Positions 42,646 through 54,900 of a stretch of 64,000 nt of DNA are shown one piece after another; position 1 is the first letter of the stretch; each line of letters begins with the position of its first letter. A program made the position numbers and the translations under genes. The DNA is taken from IMG/VR virus record IMGVR_UViG_3300025401_000648; one strand, 5' to 3'. The stretch comes from a virus. Its lineage: Duplodnaviria > Caudoviricetes. A model generated the notes under the pieces. That model saw only the letters and a list, made by a program, of their open reading frames with translations. It did no database searches and was not told the origin of the DNA.

Positions 42646-43749
42646 ATGACAATCCTATATGTAAACACAGGCACAAGTGCTAACGCAGGCAATGGCGACA
42701 GTATTCGATTGGCCTTTACCAAAGTTAATGGCAATTTTGCTGAAATAGTAGGTGATATCGCCGCATTGAACGCAGGCGGGTTTACCACTATAACCGTAGC
42801 AACCACAATGACCAGTCAAGATATTGTATCAACTGGCACAGCCTATTTTAATAATGCATCATTTAGTGGTACAATTACAGGAACAACAGTGTTTGACAAT
42901 ATCACTGTTAAGAATGTTGCCCAAGCCTATCAATTTATTGGCACCAATATTAATGTTACCAACGCAGCCTTCCATGATGTGGCCATTACTGGAAGCCTAT
43001 CAGGCAACTTACAATTTGCCAATTTGACTGTGACTAATACACTCACTGTTGGCACAGTTCATGCTCTACAAACAATCAACGTGGGCGATTATACCATTGC
43101 TCAAACCAATCAATATAATGATTTTAGTATTATTAAAAATGACGTCAATGGATTGGCTCTAGTGTTATTGAACACGCAAGCGGATAGTTTTAACGAAATT
43201 CAATTACAGGATAACATCAGTGGCGGATTGACTCTAGCACACCAAAACAGTACGAATCCATCGGGGCTTTATACAGCTGGGCAAAATTATATCTATGGTG
43301 AAACACCTACAGATGTTATCAATTTTGGTGCTTATTCAGATATTAACTTTTTTGCCAGTGTGGCTAATTACAACAATCCTAATAATACATACAATAATCC
43401 TTTGGCAAATATCAGTGCCGAAACACAACAAATATCATTTAATACCACTGTGTCATTTAACAGTACAGTATTGGGTATCCAACAAGGTGAAATAATACAG
43501 AGTGCTACTCCACCAAGTCCTGCTTCTACTACTACTTTATGGTACGATACAATTACTGGGCGTACCTATGTATACGATAACGGATGGGTTGACTCTAGCC
43601 CATCGGGTAATAATGTGGCCATTGTTAGTCCGCCAGCATACAGTACCAGTACTGGATTTATAGGACAAATAGCTCACGATGCAACCTATGTGTATATCTG
43701 TGTAGGAACAAGTACATGGGTACGCAGTTCGATTGTTGGTGGATGGTAA
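42646..43749 (+). CDS. Baseplate/tail fibre-like structural protein
   Basis: VNTG..AN.G.GDSIR.AF.KVN.NF N-terminus; GQIAHD..YVYICVGT.TW C-terminus. Confidence 0.75.
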   Translation: MTILYVNTGTSANAGNGDSIRLAFTKVNGNFAEIVGDIAALNAGGFTTITVATTMTSQDIVSTGTAYFNNASFSGTITGTTVFDNITVKNVAQAYQFIGTNINVTNAAFHDVAITGSLSGNLQFANLTVTNTLTVGTVHALQTINVGDYTIAQTNQYNDFSIIKNDVNGLALVLLNTQADSFNEIQLQDNISGGLTLAHQNSTNPSGLYTAGQNYIYGETPTDVINFGAYSDINFFASVANYNNPNNTYNNPLANISAETQQISFNTTVSFNSTVLGIQQGEIIQSATPPSPASTTTLWYDTITGRTYVYDNGWVDSSPSGNNVAIVSPPAYSTSTGFIGQIAHDATYVYICVGTSTWVRSSIVGGW

Positions 43750-43771
43750 TACAAATTAGGAATCATAACGA

Positions 43772-46700
43772 ATGGCCCAATTAAATTTCCCACTAAATGC
43801 TACAACTGGGACGCAGTATACTGGCGACAATGGTACTACCTATATATTTGACGGCACAAGATGGATAGGTCATAGTCCTAATTTAGAAATAGCAACTAAT
43901 TCTATCAGTAATAACATGCACGTCATCCAAGTTGATGGTGCTGGTAACTTGGTATTGCCTGACTATGTCTTACCTATTACCACTGGACTACCAGGACAGA
44001 TGCTGACATGGCCTAACACTGGTACAGTACTAACTTGGACTACGGCCACAGGCGAATCAGGTGGTCATGGATTTACTGGCAGCGTAGGTCCTGTGGGTTA
44101 TACTGGATCATCTAGTACAGCATCAGGATACACTGGTAGTTTGGGATATACAGGTAGCATTGGTCCACAAGGCTATACTGGTTCATCTAGTACAGCGTCA
44201 GGATACACTGGTAGTTTGGGATATACAGGCAGTATAGGTCCACAAGGCTACACTGGTTCAGCCAGCACACAAATTGGTTATACAGGCAGTATAGGCCCAC
44301 AAGGGACACAGGGTTATACTGGTAGTGGTGGTTATGCTGGTAGTCAAGGTAATCTAGGTTATACAGGAAGTTTAGGTGATACTGGTTATACAGGCAGTAT
44401 AGGCCCGCAAGGTTACACTGGCAGCATTGGACCATTAGGCTACACAGGTAGTATTGGTCCACAAGGTATCACAGGATACTCAGGTAGTCAAGGCATTATT
44501 GGATATAGTGGTAGTATTGGTCCACAAGGCTACACTGGTAGTGTTGGTGTAAGCGGACCCAGCGGCCCAAGCGGCCCGCAAGGACCTATAGGATTACAGG
44601 GTGTTAGTGTTACTTTAGTAGGTAGTACTAGTACAAGTACACTATTACCAGTAACAGGAAATCCTGGTGATGGTTGGATTGTAACACAAACTGGCGACTT
44701 ATGGTTTTGGAGTACAGCGCATAGTCGTTGGGAAGATATTGGAAAAATTATAGGACCTGCCGGACCTCAAGGACCACAAGGTTATACCGGTTCAGCGAGC
44801 ACACAAATTGGTTACAGTGGCTCAGTTGGTCCACAAGGATATAGTGGTAGTATTGGTCCACAAGGCTACACTGGTAGTGTTGGCACTAGAGGAAATACTG
44901 GTCCAACTGGCCCACAAGGAGCAACTGGATATACTGGTAGCTTTGGTTCATTGGGCTACAGTGGTAGTGCCGGAGTTGTTGGCTATACTGGTAGTATAGG
45001 CCCACAAGGATATAGTGGTAGTCTAGGATATTCAGGTAGTGCCTGGACAGGGACACTAACAACCAGCACACTGGTAAATGGAATTTATTCAGTATCAGTA
45101 GATTCAACAGGCAGTGTTAATTTGGTAAATGCTTCAGATGGAGCAGGCGCTTTATTACAAAGTAATGTTCCTGTTAGAATTGATAGTAATGGCAATGTTT
45201 GGTCATTTAAAGCCGATGGCGGCGAGATACTTACCATTACTCCATTTGGCGGCGATAACTTTGCTAGTCTATATGGACAAAATAATTTAACATTGAGCCT
45301 TGGCAATAATGATGCTGTAATTAATGTTAGTATTGGCGGCGCAATTACTGTTGTTAATTCTGGAACAGGATATATTGCTGGCACATTACCTAGTGTCAAT
45401 GGTGTTAGGTTTAATATCACAACAACTCCTGTTGTCCCTTCTATGGTATTACCAGGGGGTTCAACAATCAGCACAACAGACAGCGGTGAACAAACTATAA
45501 TAGCCAACGGTGTTGCTGATATTAATGTGGATGGCGATAATGGTAGAGTGGTTATAAACGCCAATACCTTTACCTATATTTTTGCTGGCGGATTGACATT
45601 CCCAGACTCAACAGTACAATCTACAGCGTTCACTGGTACAGCAACATCATTGGCCAACGGTGGACCTAGCATCACAGTAGACAATGGTGGCAATCTTACA
45701 GTTCCAGGAACTGTATTTGCCAATGGAGTAACTGTTACTGGTGGAATAACTATACCTAACAATGGACAGGCTGGTAGCATTCAATCACAAAACGGCCAAG
45801 GTAATATATATTTTAATACTGATAATAGTTTAATATTCATTATCACTGGAACTTATCAAGTATCATTTAATCCCGACGGAACTGTTACATTCCCTGGTTA
45901 TATATTCCCTGAAGGTACTCCTACTGCTGGACAAGTACTAACCGCTAGTAGTGACAATCCATTATACCTAGAATGGGATACTCCTAGCGGCGGATCTGGA
46001 TTTGCTACAACAAGCACATTAATCAACGGAACTAGTACATTTACTCTAAATGCTAATGGTAGTTTAACATTCCCAGACTCAAGTGTACAAACCACAGCAT
46101 GGACTGGAGTATTGCCTAATCCGGCATTTGTTGGAAGTACCTATACTGGTTTAGCCAGTGCTGTGGCCTTAAACATAAACAACACAGGGCCAGTAGGTCA
46201 AGTTAAAACACAATTAAACTTGATCAATACCGCAGGCAACGCAGGTACTGGTAGTGCTATTGATTACTTTACCTATGTTGATCAAGGTAACGGTTTGCCT
46301 GGTGCTAGACTACAGGCAGTAGACGACAACGCCTATAGTGCTAATTTCAGTATAGCATTAAAAGGCAAAGGCAACACTGGCAACAACGGATTAACAACAG
46401 TATGGAACTTTGGCTCAGATGGTACGCTAACATTACCCGGTCTAATCAACTTTGGTCAAAACAACGCTACTCTTGCTCCGCCACAGCCCGGAGGTGCTAC
46501 TGATAGAATTCGTATATGGGATTTCCAAAATGCTAACCCAAGCGGAGTTAATTATGCTATCGGTGCTGAAGGTAGCCACATGTGGTTTGCCACAGATGTT
46601 GTTGATAATACAGGTGGTTTTAAATTCTACAGCACAACTACACAGGTATTCAAAATTGGTGGAGATGGTAGTCTAAACTTTGCCGATGGTAGCATACAAA

Positions 46701-47668
46701 CCACAGCATGGACAGGATCAACAAGGTGGAGTGTTACTCCAGCAGTAGAAGGATGTCCGATCTACACAGAACTTACTCCGGATCATTTTTATGCTTATAC
46801 ACAACAAAGTCACGCTGAATTAGAAAATACTGGCTATTGGAATGTTGGTAGTAATTACTACGGAACTTATGTAGGGAACGATTATAATACTTTAACCAAT
46901 CTTTATATCATTGCTAATGATACTACTGGTACTGTTTCTATTTTAACCGCTGGGTTAACAAATAGATGGACATTTGGTTCAACTGGTACCTTAACATTAC
47001 CTAATGGTGGTGCTATTGGATCTACTAGTGGTAATGGTATTGCGTTAACTACAGACCGTGGCACAGTATTATTTGGGAACAGTCCAGAAATCTGTGGTCC
47101 TACCGGCGCATCGCATTTCCACATAATGAAACAAGATCCTACGCTGGTGGATCTATTCTTTGGTGATGACTTTAACAATCTTAAACTACCAACAACAGGT
47201 GGAGTTTCTCTACAGGCGTTTAATACGCAAACCACTATCAGTAGCACCTGGACATTTGGTACAAATGGTACCTTAACAGCACCAGGAGATATATTACCTG
47301 CTACTAATAAAACACAAAGTTTAGGATCTCCTACACAACAATGGAAATCCTTATATGTAAGTACCAGCACAATCTACATGAACAATGTTCCGTTGACTAT
47401 TGACACAACAGTCAACCAGATCATAGTTGGTAATCAAGATACTGGCAATGTAGTCAATGTGGCCAGTGAAGCCTATGTGGCCCAACAGATAGCCACAGTA
47501 TCTCGCCCTATGGCAATAGATGGTGGAGGTTCTAGCACATTGTACGAAATAGAAACAGCCTACGTAGATGGAGGTACAGCCAGTGTAAGGCATGGAAGCC
47601 AAGACTCTGTGTTTGATGGCAGTTACGGAAATAATTATAGTTTGAACGGCGGAGGCGCAAATGGCTAA
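43772..47668 (+). CDS. Collagen-like tail fibre (GYTGS repeats)
   Basis: LNFP....GTQY N-terminus; G-X-Y tracts about 44070-45045; repeated LTFPD.TVQTTA modules. Confidence 0.8.
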   Translation: MAQLNFPLNATTGTQYTGDNGTTYIFDGTRWIGHSPNLEIATNSISNNMHVIQVDGAGNLVLPDYVLPITTGLPGQMLTWPNTGTVLTWTTATGESGGHGFTGSVGPVGYTGSSSTASGYTGSLGYTGSIGPQGYTGSSSTASGYTGSLGYTGSIGPQGYTGSASTQIGYTGSIGPQGTQGYTGSGGYAGSQGNLGYTGSLGDTGYTGSIGPQGYTGSIGPLGYTGSIGPQGITGYSGSQGIIGYSGSIGPQGYTGSVGVSGPSGPSGPQGPIGLQGVSVTLVGSTSTSTLLPVTGNPGDGWIVTQTGDLWFWSTAHSRWEDIGKIIGPAGPQGPQGYTGSASTQIGYSGSVGPQGYSGSIGPQGYTGSVGTRGNTGPTGPQGATGYTGSFGSLGYSGSAGVVGYTGSIGPQGYSGSLGYSGSAWTGTLTTSTLVNGIYSVSVDSTGSVNLVNASDGAGALLQSNVPVRIDSNGNVWSFKADGGEILTITPFGGDNFASLYGQNNLTLSLGNNDAVINVSIGGAITVVNSGTGYIAGTLPSVNGVRFNITTTPVVPSMVLPGGSTISTTDSGEQTIIANGVADINVDGDNGRVVINANTFTYIFAGGLTFPDSTVQSTAFTGTATSLANGGPSITVDNGGNLTVPGTVFANGVTVTGGITIPNNGQAGSIQSQNGQGNIYFNTDNSLIFIITGTYQVSFNPDGTVTFPGYIFPEGTPTAGQVLTASSDNPLYLEWDTPSGGSGFATTSTLINGTSTFTLNANGSLTFPDSSVQTTAWTGVLPNPAFVGSTYTGLASAVALNINNTGPVGQVKTQLNLINTAGNAGTGSAIDYFTYVDQGNGLPGARLQAVDDNAYSANFSIALKGKGNTGNNGLTTVWNFGSDGTLTLPGLINFGQNNATLAPPQPGGATDRIRIWDFQNANPSGVNYAIGAEGSHMWFATDVVDNTGGFKFYSTTTQVFKIGGDGSLNFADGSIQTTAWTGSTRWSVTPAVEGCPIYTELTPDHFYAYTQQSHAELENTGYWNVGSNYYGTYVGNDYNTLTNLYIIANDTTGTVSILTAGLTNRWTFGSTGTLTLPNGGAIGSTSGNGIALTTDRGTVLFGNSPEICGPTGASHFHIMKQDPTLVDLFFGDDFNNLKLPTTGGVSLQAFNTQTTISSTWTFGTNGTLTAPGDILPATNKTQSLGSPTQQWKSLYVSTSTIYMNNVPLTIDTTVNQIIVGNQDTGNVVNVASEAYVAQQIATVSRPMAIDGGGSSTLYEIETAYVDGGTASVRHGSQDSVFDGSYGNNYSLNGGGANG

Positions 47669-48401
47669 TAGAATACAACTTAGACGAGATACCTACGCTA
47701 ACTGGACTAGAGTAAATCCTATCCTGGCAGACGGTGAACCAGCATTAGAAATAGACACAGGTAAGATCAAGTACGGTGATGGTAATACAACCTACAACAC
47801 CTTAACATATTCAGCAATACCAAATCAGTTAGTTGAGGGTGATTACACAGCAACATTAGATGCTGAAGGTAACTTGACAATTCCGGGTACTATTGTTGCA
47901 TCTACTGCGGCCAATATTATTGTTAACGGTAATACACTGACATTTGATAGCAATGGCAATTTAAGTGTTCCTAATAATCTGTTACTAAATGGAGTTGGCA
48001 TTGCTAGTATAACTAGTCCTACAAACATTACCTTAACAGCGGCCAATAAGGTTGTTGTTAACGGAGCACTGACAGTTGGACGTTTTACAGGTACCAATGC
48101 TGTAACAGCGGCTAACGGTGATATTATATATAATACCACATTGGGCGTGTTTCAAGGATACGCGGCTGGTACATGGACATCGTTGGGATCTTATAGTTCT
48201 ACAACAAACATTTATACTACTGCTACCGTTGATGAGCCAATGGATCTTGTGCCAATTGACGGTGGTAGTGCTGGAGCAGTATTTGAAATAAACAAGGCCT
48301 TTGCCGACGGCGGTACAGCGGCCAATGTATTTGCGCCCAGTGATTGGGTGTTTGACGGTAATATAAGTTCTAGATATACCTTAGATGGTGGGGCGGCCTA
48401 A
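47661..48401 (+). CDS. Tail protein with Mtd_N-like domain
   Basis: RIQLRRDT.ANW..VNPILA.GE...E.DTGK.K.GDG. Confidence 0.8.
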   Translation: MANRIQLRRDTYANWTRVNPILADGEPALEIDTGKIKYGDGNTTYNTLTYSAIPNQLVEGDYTATLDAEGNLTIPGTIVASTAANIIVNGNTLTFDSNGNLSVPNNLLLNGVGIASITSPTNITLTAANKVVVNGALTVGRFTGTNAVTAANGDIIYNTTLGVFQGYAAGTWTSLGSYSSTTNIYTTATVDEPMDLVPIDGGSAGAVFEINKAFADGGTAANVFAPSDWVFDGNISSRYTLDGGAA

Positions 48402-50353
48402 TGAGTAATAAAATACAGTTAAGAAGAGATACCGGTACAAACTGGACACGAGTAAATCCTACACTAAGCATGGGAGAACCCGGCTTTGAAATTGACACAG
48501 GTAAATTTAAGATCGGTAACGGCTCAGACAGTTGGAATTCGTTATCTTATGTTGTGGGTAACAGTTCTGGTATCACAGTATTAACAGCAGAAGAAATTGA
48601 AACAGCATTAGGATTTACTCCTATAGCATCTACATCAACTCTACATAATGGCACTTGGACTTTTGAATTATCTAGTATCGGAAGTGTAGTTACTGATGGC
48701 GCCGTATTAACTCCTTGGGGTGGACTAATAACCAGTGATGGTACTAACTTTTATCTAGGAGCAACTGCCGGAGCAAGCGTAAAAATTGGCAGTGATAACA
48801 ATAATGAAATTTGGACATTTGGTACGGATGGTGTATTAACTCTTAGCACAGCATCAGTAATACAAGGACAGGGAACAGATCCTAATGTCTATGTAGAAAC
48901 ATTTGGTAGTGGAACAACTAGCACTTGGACATTTGGTACAAATGGTGTGTTAAAATTGCCTGCGGCAACTCCGATTATACAAGGTAGTGGGTCAGGTACC
49001 GCAGTTACGATTATTGCTACTACTGGTACTAATACAGCCACTTGGGTATTTTTACCCGATGGTAACATTATATTCCCAGACACATCGGTACAGACTACAG
49101 CCTACACAGGTGCTACTGGTCCTGCTGGATTCTCTACAACAAGTACATTAATAAATGGGTCTGACTCATTTACATTAAATGCTGATGGTAGTTTAACATT
49201 ACCACAAGGTGGAACAATCACAGAAGGCACAAGCCCTGCTGGATTAGGTCATACTATAACTCTTACCCCTGCTGGAGGCAACGATTCTAATCAGCAATTA
49301 TTAATCTATCCAACCGTAACAGAAGGCAACCATCTACACTTAACCAGCGGAGCATTAGGTACTACAAGTATTTTCCTTGGTAATGATAATCAATATGTAA
49401 GAACTCGTGCCGACGGCGCTATGGCTATTGGTACCAGTGACTCACAACCGGATACAAGTGGGCTTGGACACCGCTGGGTATTTGATACTTCTGGAGTTTT
49501 AACATTCCCAGACGGTACGACCAACTCTGGCTCTACTGTAATTGCTCCTGGCAATTATGATATTCAAAGTATCGGTTATACAGAAATTCAAACTAGTGCT
49601 AATAGTGGTGCTAAAACCTGGACCTTTGGAACAGACGGTATTTTAACTGTTCCTATAACTGCCAGTGGCGCTGGACAAATAAGTGGTGGAACTAATGGAC
49701 TAGAGTTAGTATCTAACAGCAACACCTGGGGCTTTGGCACAGATGCGAGTACAACAATACCTGGCATCGTAAACTTGCCTTACCTTGGACAAATTGGTAG
49801 CATTGGTGGTCAAGGATATGGTACAGAGATTAAAAACACTGACGGATATGTTGGCGGAGTACAATTAAACTGGACTGATACAACCAAACTTAGAGTTGAC
49901 AATGACGGTGTAAACATCACCACAGGCGGCAGTGGACCTAACTGGCATTTTAGTGATAGTGACGGCGGTACTTTATCACTACCTGGCGGCATTAACATAG
50001 CAGGCAATCTTACAACTAATAATTCTACACCAATAAGCACGATCGGCGGCGCCCCGGTAATTATCTACACAGCTACTTCTGTTAATATTCTTGCTGTAGA
50101 AATCGTAGTAAGAGCACTGGTTGACTACGGAGGTAGTGTAGAACTGGCCACTATACATGCTGTCAAGTCAACTGCCAATAATACTGCCAACATAATTGTT
50201 TCGGGACAGGTTAGACAAAGTGGCGGTAGTGGCAATTACGGTGACACTACATATACTGTATCATTAGATGGTAGTAATTTCCTTCAGGTCACTGCTCAAC
50301 CGCACGGCAGTAACGATGCTAACTTTATAATCTCAGTAACAGAGTTTAATTAA
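48401..50353 (+). CDS. Tail fibre with Mtd_N-like domain
   Basis: Same N-terminal module; WTFGTDG.L repeats. Confidence 0.8.
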   Translation: MSNKIQLRRDTGTNWTRVNPTLSMGEPGFEIDTGKFKIGNGSDSWNSLSYVVGNSSGITVLTAEEIETALGFTPIASTSTLHNGTWTFELSSIGSVVTDGAVLTPWGGLITSDGTNFYLGATAGASVKIGSDNNNEIWTFGTDGVLTLSTASVIQGQGTDPNVYVETFGSGTTSTWTFGTNGVLKLPAATPIIQGSGSGTAVTIIATTGTNTATWVFLPDGNIIFPDTSVQTTAYTGATGPAGFSTTSTLINGSDSFTLNADGSLTLPQGGTITEGTSPAGLGHTITLTPAGGNDSNQQLLIYPTVTEGNHLHLTSGALGTTSIFLGNDNQYVRTRADGAMAIGTSDSQPDTSGLGHRWVFDTSGVLTFPDGTTNSGSTVIAPGNYDIQSIGYTEIQTSANSGAKTWTFGTDGILTVPITASGAGQISGGTNGLELVSNSNTWGFGTDASTTIPGIVNLPYLGQIGSIGGQGYGTEIKNTDGYVGGVQLNWTDTTKLRVDNDGVNITTGGSGPNWHFSDSDGGTLSLPGGINIAGNLTTNNSTPISTIGGAPVIIYTATSVNILAVEIVVRALVDYGGSVELATIHAVKSTANNTANIIVSGQVRQSGGSGNYGDTTYTVSLDGSNFLQVTAQPHGSNDANFIISVTEFN

Positions 50354-51181
50354 ATGTCAATAACCATACGATCAGCACAGACTATAGGCAACGGAGTTAC
50401 ACTACAGGGAAATCCCTATACTCCTCCTTATGTTACTGAAGGATTAATACTTTATTTAGATAGTCGAGTTCCAGCCAGTTGGCCAGGGTCAGGATCAACT
50501 TGGTATGACCTAAGCGGTCACGGAAATAACGCTACTTTTTATGCTAACCCTAGTGCTTTAGATAATAACGGAACTATTATTGATGGCAATGTCTTAGATA
50601 GTTCAACAATGTCCACTGACGGCCAAGGTGATATCAGATTCAATGCGGCCACTTGGCAATATGCCGCACTACCCAATATAGGCACCAACATAATACAATG
50701 GACTGTTAATACTTGGTTCAATGCTGTAACTTGGCCCCCTAGTGGTCTATTACCTCAAATATTTGGCGGAGAGTATTTGGGCGGAGCATCGGGCATCAAT
50801 ACTGTTAACATGACATTAACATCATATAATGGTAGCGGAACTAGTGACAACTATATTCGAGCTGGATGGTTTGATGGCAATGGGTCAGCTTGGCAGTTGA
50901 CTAACGGATATCCGATCACTACAGGTACTTGGTATAATTTAGTAGGCACTTATGACGGCAACTATATAAAATTGTATGTTAATGGTAGCTTACAGGAAAC
51001 TTCTCCTAATGTTCCTTCAACAACATTGGGCAGTACATTAGGGTATCGTATAGCTCGTCGATGGGATGGTCACGATACGTTCGATGCTTATATTCCTGTA
51101 GTTATGTGTTACAATCGTGCGTTAACCGATCAAGAAGTTGCCTACAACTTTAACAGTTACAGATCAAGGTACGGAGTATAA
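50354..51181 (+). CDS. LamG/ConA-like domain virion protein
   Basis: LILYLD...S.PGSG.TWYDLSG; WYNLVGTYDG..IKLYVNG; YNRALT. Confidence 0.82.
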   Translation: MSITIRSAQTIGNGVTLQGNPYTPPYVTEGLILYLDSRVPASWPGSGSTWYDLSGHGNNATFYANPSALDNNGTIIDGNVLDSSTMSTDGQGDIRFNAATWQYAALPNIGTNIIQWTVNTWFNAVTWPPSGLLPQIFGGEYLGGASGINTVNMTLTSYNGSGTSDNYIRAGWFDGNGSAWQLTNGYPITTGTWYNLVGTYDGNYIKLYVNGSLQETSPNVPSTTLGSTLGYRIARRWDGHDTFDAYIPVVMCYNRALTDQEVAYNFNSYRSRYGV

Positions 51182-51182
51182 T

Positions 51183-51893
51183 ATGAGTCTAATCATTAAT
51201 TCAGGATTTGCGATAGGACCGGGAGTTATATTAAACTCTGGACACCCAACATCTTTGGGTCCTAGTTACCCAACTGATAGTCTAGTACTTTATCTTGATG
51301 CTAGCAATACAGCAAGTTATCCGGGAACAGGTAGCAATTGGAATGATTTAAGCGGTGCTGGAAATAATTTTGTGTTTAATAACGGTGTATCATTTACCAG
51401 TGCTGGCCAACAAAGTTATTTTTACTTTGGCGGTGTAGCAGAAGGCGGAGCAATATTAAATTCCACTTCTTATACTAAGATTGCTATATTCCAAGCGGCG
51501 GGTGCTTTTAGTAATATTATCAGCGCCGACGGTAGCGCCGATCATGCTTTCTGGGGAGCCGGTGGTACAATCCTTCAATCTGGACATAATGGTAGTTGGT
51601 ATACTATACAAAGTTCTACACCGGTTACCCCTAATCAATGGACATTTGGCGCTGTGAGTTTCAATACTACAACAGGATGGAAATTATATCTACAAAATGA
51701 AGCACCAACTACAAGTGGTGATACAACACCGCCTAATACTAACCCTGCTACTGTAGAAATTGGCGGATTTGAAGGTAATACTAACAATATGAACGGAGAT
51801 GTAGCCCTAGTTATGATCTACAATCGTGTGCTTACTGATGCTGAAATAGCAGAAGTCTACGCATATTTCCAAACAAGGTTTAGCCTACCTTAA
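51183..51893 (+). CDS. LamG/ConA-like domain virion protein (paralog)
   Basis: LVLYLDA...SYPGTG.NW.DLSG; IYNRVLT; start refined to MSLIINSG. Confidence 0.82.
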   Translation: MSLIINSGFAIGPGVILNSGHPTSLGPSYPTDSLVLYLDASNTASYPGTGSNWNDLSGAGNNFVFNNGVSFTSAGQQSYFYFGGVAEGGAILNSTSYTKIAIFQAAGAFSNIISADGSADHAFWGAGGTILQSGHNGSWYTIQSSTPVTPNQWTFGAVSFNTTTGWKLYLQNEAPTTSGDTTPPNTNPATVEIGGFEGNTNNMNGDVALVMIYNRVLTDAEIAEVYAYFQTRFSLP

Positions 51894-51926
51894 AGTAATA
51901 AATAAGAACATCGGAGAATTTACAAA

Positions 51927-54900
51927 ATGGCAAGTAAAATACAATTAAGACGCGATCTAGCCCAAAGTTGGACATCAACTAACCCAATTCTAGCCCAAGG
52001 CGAACCTGGTTTTGAAACAGATACCGGTCTATTTAAGATAGGTGACGGTACTACAGCATGGGTAGATTTAACCTACGCAGGCGGAAATAGCGGCGGTGGC
52101 ACATCAGAACAGTGGGTAGGACTATTGGGCATTGGTCCAGATGGTCTATGGCCAGGAATGACATCAATTAGCCAAGATGGCAATAATTGGACAGCACCAA
52201 CTCCTATTGTACATTGGAACGGAGCAGGAGTAGGGACAAGTAATGGATTCTATGCCTATAATCTAGCAGTCGGCGGCGGCAAAGTTGTTTATCTAATGGG
52301 ATACGGACCTGGTACTGCAATAGCATCAGCCGCAACGGCCTTTGACAGTCCTTTAGTTAGCATTCAAGAATGTACTTACTGTACTCCCGATGAAAACCAA
52401 TATCCAGTTTGGTGGAATAACATACAGTATGTCAACGGGTATTTTGTGGCCACGGGCTACTATTACACAGACGGCGATGCTCCGTATGAGTATTTTCCCT
52501 GCTTTATCTATAGCCAGGACGGAGTCAATTGGACATGGGGTAATATAGACGAAACCTATGTTAATAGCCTAGCAACCGCTTCATACAATAGTAACCCTGA
52601 ACTTCAAGGTGTAATGGCCACTAGTGCCAGTTACAACGGAGAAGGTTGGGTTATATCATTAGGATGGTACACAGACGGATACTATGGTACTCCTGGAAGT
52701 CCTGGTGCTTACTATATTACTGGCCTAAACCAAGCATGTAATTCTTCTTCATGGTTTTCAACTGGCGGATCTCAATACAATTACAGTGATATCCAATGGA
52801 CTGGCAATGCTTGGGTAGGTACAGACTACGAACAAAGTATTTTTAGCAATAACAGCAGAAATCCTACACAAGGCTCATGGACCACTATCAGTGTTACTAG
52901 TGCCACATTTGCCGCGTTTGGCGATAATGACAGTAACATAGAAGGTTATGGTGTAGTTGGACAAGGTGGTACAGTTGACGGTAGCGATTGGTGGGTATTA
53001 GGATTAGAAGATGGTAGATTGTTAACTACCAAAGACGGCGGGGTAACTTGGCAAGGATTTACATTCCTACCTGCTTATGATCAAATGACTTCAATATCAC
53101 AGGCAAGTCCTACTGTTGTTGGCTTTGAAGGTTCTCCAACTAATCAAATTAAAGTAACAGGTTTACCTGTAGGAACATTTGGTACAGGTGCTAATGCCGC
53201 AACCTACACAGGTGGATCAGGTACATTCTATGTAAATCAAGATACCTATGGGTTATATTCAGATGTTAATCTAACAACACCAGTAACTAGTGGTGCGGCT
53301 TTTAGCACTATTTCTGTATCATTAAGTGGCGGGTATGAGGTGACTGGTAATACTATGATAGTACCTGACTTGGCATCTAGTGGCATCTTGATAGGTATGC
53401 AGATTTATTTCGACAGTACGTACACTCAAGATGATTTTGGTCCAACTATAGTAACAGGTATTAACACCTCTACAAATACAATTACTTTTAGTAATGCGAT
53501 TACGGCCAACGAAGACATTGATTATGCTTATTTTGGCCCAGCGGTAAGTTACAGTACAAGTGTTTGGAACCCTTTACAAACGCTTATAGCCGGAGGCAAA
53601 TTGATAATCGGTGCTCAGTACGAAGATACATTGTGCTACCTATCAACTACAGATCTGGTCAACTATAATTACAGTTTTGGTTACAATTTTACCAATGCTA
53701 TCAGCGCATATATAAATGAGTATGAAAGCAATTGGTGGGATAATGAATGGTCATTTGGAGATTGGCCGCCAGCAGTGGCCTACGGAGAAGTTGGTAATGT
53801 GGCTAACTTATTAATATCGAATAACGCATTGGCAACTCCTCCTCAAACATTTCTAGCAAATGATTATTGGTTACCACATAGTGAAGCCAGTGGTGTATCA
53901 AATTCATTGAGCCTAGGTGATGTACTACAGGTTAACCTGTTTGGTTACAATGATTATACTTCAGGTGGATCAGTTGTTAATCAAAACTTCTTAATGGATC
54001 CTAATACAGGCATATGGAGTATAGGCTCAACTAACATAAATGGAGAAGGTCAAGTACTAGAAATGGGAGGGCCCTACAATGTATCCAGTATCAGTAACGG
54101 TGCTTATCGCAATCAATACTATAACAGCGGTCAAAGCCAAGGTGGATTAACTGATATTTTAATCTCAGCAGGTTATAATCCTGATAATTGGTGGTTTACT
54201 GCTTCTACAGGTGACTATCCTAGTACCCTAATAATGCCCGCTGGTGGCACTATTGGCTATGATAGTGAAGGTACTGTGGAAAATGTTATCACAGTTGGCA
54301 CAGATGGTACTATATCAATTGGTGCCAATGCTGGAACAACAAGTCAAGCATATGATGCTATTGCCATAGGTAAAGGTGCTGGTAATTATAATCAACACGG
54401 TGAAGCGATTGCTATCGGTCGTGGTGCTGGAGCCGTTAACCAAGGATCTAATGGTATTGCTATCGGTCGTTGGGCATCATCACAAGGTCAAGGTAATAGT
54501 GCTATTGCTATTGGACACTATGCGGCTGGTGTAGAAAATGCTACTACTAGTACAGGTGGCACAGTACAATCTCCATATAGTATTGTTCTAAATGCTACTG
54601 GGCAAGCAGTACAAGATGCTGGTACAAGCACATTTGTAGTTAAACCTGTTAGAAACAATATTGGTCCTACAAGCCTGTACTATGATTCATCTAGTGGTGA
54701 AATTACATACGGTACTGCCCCGGGTCCAATTAACAGTGGCTGGAATAATTCAAAAGGCACATCAATCACAAAAGATTTTATTGCTTACAAAGTTGATACC
54801 GGTACTGGTGGACTACAGTTATTTGTCCAATCAACATCTACATCGACTCTTATTACATATTCAGGATCTGCTATTACTACAACAGGCGGAACTACTTCAA

